This document shows, piece after piece, positions 59,378-64,000 of a stretch of DNA of 64,000 nucleotides. The first letter of the stretch is position 1. Each line of letters begins with the position of its first letter. This stretch comes from Alloascoidea hylecoeti (Eukaryota): positions 978,059-1,042,058 of the forward strand of contig BCKZ01000007.1 in NCBI GenBank assembly GCA_001600815.1, read 5' to 3'. A model generated the notes under the pieces. That model did not search any database, was not told the origin of the DNA, and saw only the letters and a program-made list of their open reading frames with translations. Both the position numbers and the translations under genes were made by a program.

Positions 59378-61267
59378 ATGGTTTTGAATTCACAAGTTAT
59401 AGAAAGAAATAATTCAAGCTCATCTGAGTCGCAGTTGGAGAAACCAAAGCTTGTTCATAGAGAAAATGTTCTCATAGCACAAAAGCCAACTGAAAATATT
59501 GACAATCTACTACTTCAATTTACAGAAGAAGAAGTAATGAATATGTCTGGAGATTATGCTTTTCAAAATGGATTAGAGGCTGATGTTGAACTGTTTAAAA
59601 AAGGTGGTGCCATTGCCAGAGATCCGGAAGGTTTTGAATCAATGGCGTTTTTATCTGAGGAAGAAAAACAATCTCTTAGAGATGAGATCGCACATAAATG
59701 GAGACTTTCTAAAGATTTATGGATACTGGTTATTTTATGTTCAATGGGTGCAGCAGTTCAAGGTATGGATGAAACCGTTATTAATGGAGCAAATTTATTT
59801 TATCCTGAAGATTTAGGTCTTTCTGAAGATAATTCAAGAAATAATTGGCTAAAAGGTTTGGTTAATTCAGGACCATATCTTTGTTGCGGTTGTATTTCTT
59901 GCTTTTTAGCTGATCCTCTGAATAAACTTTTTGGCAGAAGAGGAACAATTTTCATTTCTTCTTTGATTTGCGCTTTGACTTGTTTCTGGCAAGCTTTTCC
60001 AAGTATATGGTGGCATACATTTATTGCAAGATTTTTCTTAGGAGTTGGAATCGGTCCTAATTCTGCTACAATTCCTGTTTATGCTGCTGAATGTACTCCA
60101 GCTAGAATTAGAGGTGCGCTCGTTATGATGTGGCAGATGTGGACTGCCTTCGGTATTATGATAGGTTATGTTTCTTCATTGATTTTCTATCACGTTAAAG
60201 ATACTAAACATATTCATGGACTCAATTGGAGATTAATGTTAGCATCAGCTTTGCTTCCAGCAGTTATTGTATGTTCAATGGTGTTTACTTGTCCTGAATC
60301 TCCAAGATGGCTCATTGGTAAAAATAGACATACTGATGCTTTTAAAAGTATGAAGAGATTAAAGAATTCGGAACTAATAGCTGCAAGAGATACATTTTAT
60401 TCTTATATTCTTTTAGAACAAGAAGAGGCATTAAAGAAAGGTAAAAATAGAATTTGGGAAATGTTTACTATTACAAGAAATAGAAATGCAGCTATTGCAA
60501 CTTGGATTCTTATGTTTGGTCAACAGTTTTGTGGTATCAATGTTATCGCCTATTATAGCTCCAGTATATTTGTTGATTCTGGATTTGGCGAGATCGAAGC
60601 TTTAATCGCTTCATGGGGTTTTGGTATGGTTAACTGGTTATTTGCATTACCAGCTGTTTTTACAATTGATAAATTTGGAAGAAGAAAATTATTACTATCA
60701 ACTTTCCCGTTTATGGGCATATTTTTATTAATTGCAGGATTTGCATTCTGGATTCCTGAAAGCAATAAAAGTGCTAGAGTTGGAGTTATTGCTTTTGGGA
60801 TTTATGCTTTTTCAGCGTTTTATTCATGTGGTGAAGGGCCTGTTCCATTTACTTACTCAGCTGAAGCTTTCCCATTATATATTCGTGATTTAGGAATGGG
60901 GTGGGCTACAGCAACATGTTGGTTCTTCAACTTTATTCTATCAGTAACATGGCCTTCATTACTCGCAGCTTTTAAACCACAGGGTGCATTTGGTTGGTAT
61001 GCTGCCTGGAACTTTGTTTTATTTTTCTTGGTACTCTGTTTTGTACAAGAAACCAAGAATTTAACATTAGAAGAATTAGATACGGTCTTCTCTGTTCCGG
61101 TTTATTTACACGCTAGTTATCAATTGAAACATATGATATTACTTGGGCGTAAAAATGTTTTAAGACAAGAAGTTCAATTTCCTCCTCCATTATATGCAAA
61201 TAATAAGTTTGGATTAATTGAACGAGAGAGCAAATCAATGGCCGAAGGAATCGGAGCAAAGGCATGA
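59378..61267 (+). CDS. MFS sugar porter, polyol/myo-inositol transporter-like
   Basis: GAAVQGMDETVINGA, FGRR, YAAEC..RIRGALVM, PESPRW, QQFCGINVIAYYS, GPVPFTYSAEAFPL, ETK..TLEE. Confidence 0.9.
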   Translation: MVLNSQVIERNNSSSSESQLEKPKLVHRENVLIAQKPTENIDNLLLQFTEEEVMNMSGDYAFQNGLEADVELFKKGGAIARDPEGFESMAFLSEEEKQSLRDEIAHKWRLSKDLWILVILCSMGAAVQGMDETVINGANLFYPEDLGLSEDNSRNNWLKGLVNSGPYLCCGCISCFLADPLNKLFGRRGTIFISSLICALTCFWQAFPSIWWHTFIARFFLGVGIGPNSATIPVYAAECTPARIRGALVMMWQMWTAFGIMIGYVSSLIFYHVKDTKHIHGLNWRLMLASALLPAVIVCSMVFTCPESPRWLIGKNRHTDAFKSMKRLKNSELIAARDTFYSYILLEQEEALKKGKNRIWEMFTITRNRNAAIATWILMFGQQFCGINVIAYYSSSIFVDSGFGEIEALIASWGFGMVNWLFALPAVFTIDKFGRRKLLLSTFPFMGIFLLIAGFAFWIPESNKSARVGVIAFGIYAFSAFYSCGEGPVPFTYSAEAFPLYIRDLGMGWATATCWFFNFILSVTWPSLLAAFKPQGAFGWYAAWNFVLFFLVLCFVQETKNLTLEELDTVFSVPVYLHASYQLKHMILLGRKNVLRQEVQFPPPLYANNKFGLIERESKSMAEGIGAKA

Positions 61268-62248
61268 TTGCCACAAACGTTATTTTTCTCAATTGTTATT
61301 TATATTTAATTATTATCCAGATGTATAAAGTTTTTATATAATTGGTTATATAGGTTCATAAATTCATGACCTTTAAATCTAAAGCTCTTTTATTATTTTC
61401 GACTAAAACTAAATCTGTTAGGAAAATATCGGTAATAGCTAGATATATGAGCCGGGATCATTCTTAATTGAACATTTAAAACCTTATAATACTAATAACT
61501 TCAATGTACGACATATTAATTTTAATTTCATAATTATAGCCATATTATATATACTGATAAAATAGCGGAGGAGGGGGAAATCATGAACCCACAGAAGAAT
61601 TATCTATAATTAAAGCTTAAAATGTAATTATATAATTTGACCATTTTTTAATACTATAATTCCGATGATTTCCATTCGTAGTTTATAAATTATATAATCG
61701 AAATTAGAAAGCTTTTAAGGTATCTCCGTTTTTAAAATCCAACATCGATATCTATAGCTACCTGTAATGCTTAATACACAGTAAAATATACATTTTATAT
61801 TAGTATAGAAGGAATATTTTGAAATAATGTTTGGAGTGTAATTACAGCTATAAATTATAGATTTCGGAATGTTGTTTTTTTGTTTATTGTCAAAAATGAC
61901 ACTATAATATTAAATTATGTAGAGGATTAATTGGTTATGCAAAAGGATAGATCTAGAACTAATTATGGTAAATTATTATTAACGGCATATGCATGTTGAA
62001 AACAGTTATGCCAAGAATTTGGCGAGAAGTCATAAGACCTCTTGTGACTACTTAAACATCTACAAAATGCTTTACAATTATATTGAACATTACAGTTGTT
62101 TCCGATTAAGTAATAAACACATAAATTCTACATACTTGAATAACAACTTACAGCAATATTATATTAATGATGTCATAAAATAATGTAAATATATTAAATA
62201 ATTAATGCTAATATATACACTAATAAATTAATAAAATCATTAAATAAT

Positions 62249-64000
62249 TTAATTAGAGATTTCCAAAGGTACAATCCAATCAGCACCAAACCATTCTCTA
62301 TTAAACTTCCTCATATTACCTTTCGTGAATAACGTTGGTGGGAAACCAACATCAACAAGATAATGTATCCAATCACCTCTAATTACTGTTTGTGATGCAT
62401 AAGCATTAGGTATACCACTTAACGGAAGACCTAACGAAACAACCCATTTACTGTTAATAAATAATTGATTTGGTGTTTTTTGACCTGAACTAGCATCAAT
62501 TCCACTTGGAATATCAATTGATAAAATAACTGCTTTTTGTTGATTTGCCCAATTTATTAATAGTAAAGTGGTTTGTAAATCATCATCCCAAAGATCAGTT
62601 AGTGAAGTTCGATAACCTTGAATACCATCAATAATAATTTCTGGTGGTGAATCAATATTATCTAATATTTTTTCCAATTGTTCAATTCTACTCGCAATTT
62701 TACCACCAGAGGATTTAAAAGACTTAACTTGCAATTTAACAGAATGTGATAATTCATCATCTTTTGATAAACCAATAATAATTGCAACAACTCGAACATT
62801 TCTATTAATTAATTGTCTACCAGCTGCTAAAGCTTGAGCACCAGCTCTGTTATTACCGGCTAATATCACAACCAATGGTAATGAATTATGATTTTTAGAA
62901 CTAACTCTTGAAGAACCACCAAAGGCTTGTACTACAAGTTGAGCGATTCCCCTTGCACCATTTTCAATAAGGATTTCTTCTGATATTCCATATGTCGAAG
63001 TACAAACTCTTTCAACTTCTACAAATTGAATAGGAGAACATGATGGGCATGGCATATGATCCAAACTTGATATTATCTGAGTACTTCCAGAAGAAGTAGT
63101 TGACTGTATAGGTGTTAACTGTGGTAATAAATCTTTAATAGAGGCCTTTGATTGTAACCTCTCCTTACGAGGGATGGTCTGAGCTGGAGGTGTAGGCAGT
63201 TGAATTGAAGTAGAAGTTATAGAAGCAGTGGAAGCGGTAGTGTTAGGTAAATTTTTCTTTAATTCTGATAAATTATAAATATTTTTAGAATCATCAAAAC
63301 TTGTATCAGATTCATCATCTTCATATTCTTCAGATATAGGAGTAGATTCTAAGCCCCAACCTTTATCATTATGATTTGATTTTTCAATGATCATTTCATT
63401 ATGGCCATATTTTGACTGAGGATTTTCAGTAGGTTTATTATGAGCAACAAGCCTATTACTTGGGTTAACTTGATCCATTGCACGCAATTCTTGAAATACC
63501 GTTTTTTTATCAAAACGATTTAAGTTTGCTTGAAAATCAAAGTCTGTATCCATATTAATAATATCTTCTCCTTCCCAATCTGGTTTTGATTTATAGTCCT
63601 GACGTTGTGCTTTATTACTATTGTTATTGTTATTAATATTACTTTTAGTTTTAATTTTTCTTCTAACAGACGTAGCAGTAACATCAGAAAAATCACCGGG
63701 AGTGTCATAATCAGAAGTATCATAATTTTTTCTTTGTTTTGTTTTCTTATTTTGTTTTCTTTGTTTTGGTTTTCGTACTGCTGAAGAATCATATTCAGAG
63801 TCATCAACAGTTTCAGGAGTAATATTGGATGTGGTGGCTAATAACCGAGTAGGGGTTTCCAATGGAGTTTTCTTAGGAACAGCCGATAAAATCGCCGGAT
63901 CATGGATATCCGGTAGGGTTGTATTAATCGGTTGAATACCCGCTGATCCTGATGACGAGTGTTTTGGGGGTTTGACCTGTTCTGGTAAAGCAGCGACAAC
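62249..64000 (-). CDS. EDC3: Enhancer of mRNA decapping (FDF + YjeF_N domains), 5' end beyond the window
   Basis: Frame open to 64000. DPAILS, DFDFQANLNRFDKKTVF, RLVAHN, ENGARGIA, LAGNNRAGA and SIDIPSG. Confidence 0.9.
   Translation of the reverse strand, partial: VVAALPEQVKPPKHSSSGSAGIQPINTTLPDIHDPAILSAVPKKTPLETPTRLLATTSNITPETVDDSEYDSSAVRKPKQRKQNKKTKQRKNYDTSDYDTPGDFSDVTATSVRRKIKTKSNINNNNNSNKAQRQDYKSKPDWEGEDIINMDTDFDFQANLNRFDKKTVFQELRAMDQVNPSNRLVAHNKPTENPQSKYGHNEMIIEKSNHNDKGWGLESTPISEEYEDDESDTSFDDSKNIYNLSELKKNLPNTTASTASITSTSIQLPTPPAQTIPRKERLQSKASIKDLLPQLTPIQSTTSSGSTQIISSLDHMPCPSCSPIQFVEVERVCTSTYGISEEILIENGARGIAQLVVQAFGGSSRVSSKNHNSLPLVVILAGNNRAGAQALAAGRQLINRNVRVVAIIIGLSKDDELSHSVKLQVKSFKSSGGKIASRIEQLEKILDNIDSPPEIIIDGIQGYRTSLTDLWDDDLQTTLLLINWANQQKAVILSIDIPSGIDASSGQKTPNQLFINSKWVVSLGLPLSGIPNAYASQTVIRGDWIHYLVDVGFPPTLFTKGNMRKFNREWFGADWIVPLEISN

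Overview
AT-rich budding-yeast (Saccharomycotina-like) chromosomal DNA. CTG reads as Leu at conserved positions. The species cannot be identified from this window. It holds 24 protein genes: PDR12, CAJ1, FCF2, MED8, WBP11-like, RPR2, PRE6, MSI1, NCR1, a 1122-aa orphan, POP6/Alba-like, GYP5-like, SEC63, NOP16, PMI40, dynactin p25, OLE1, SHR5, MID1, POA1, YPK3, GPR1, an MDR oxidoreductase and a polyol/sugar MFS transporter. EDC3 runs off the right end, and there is one intron-containing elongator tRNA-Met. Ten genes are split by 21 introns that I reconstructed by hand, so the ORF track truncates them. Features beyond the ORF track: (1) several decayed DNA transposons, namely a TIR-bounded pogo/Fot1 element, a Tc1 transposase fossil, a TA-flanked 648-bp MITE-like element and one or two Mutator (MULE) fossils; (2) Rpn4/PACE-like sites inside the introns of the proteasome gene PRE6, whose first intron is the only long intron here; (3) an OLE1 promoter squeezed behind a tRNA gene that retains a LORE-like motif; (4) a GC-rich inverted duplication of unknown origin at about 50.7-51.3 kb. 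I found no unambiguous new multi-gene system. The intronic PACE cluster and the transposon set are the best leads. All homology calls come from recalled motifs, not database searches.
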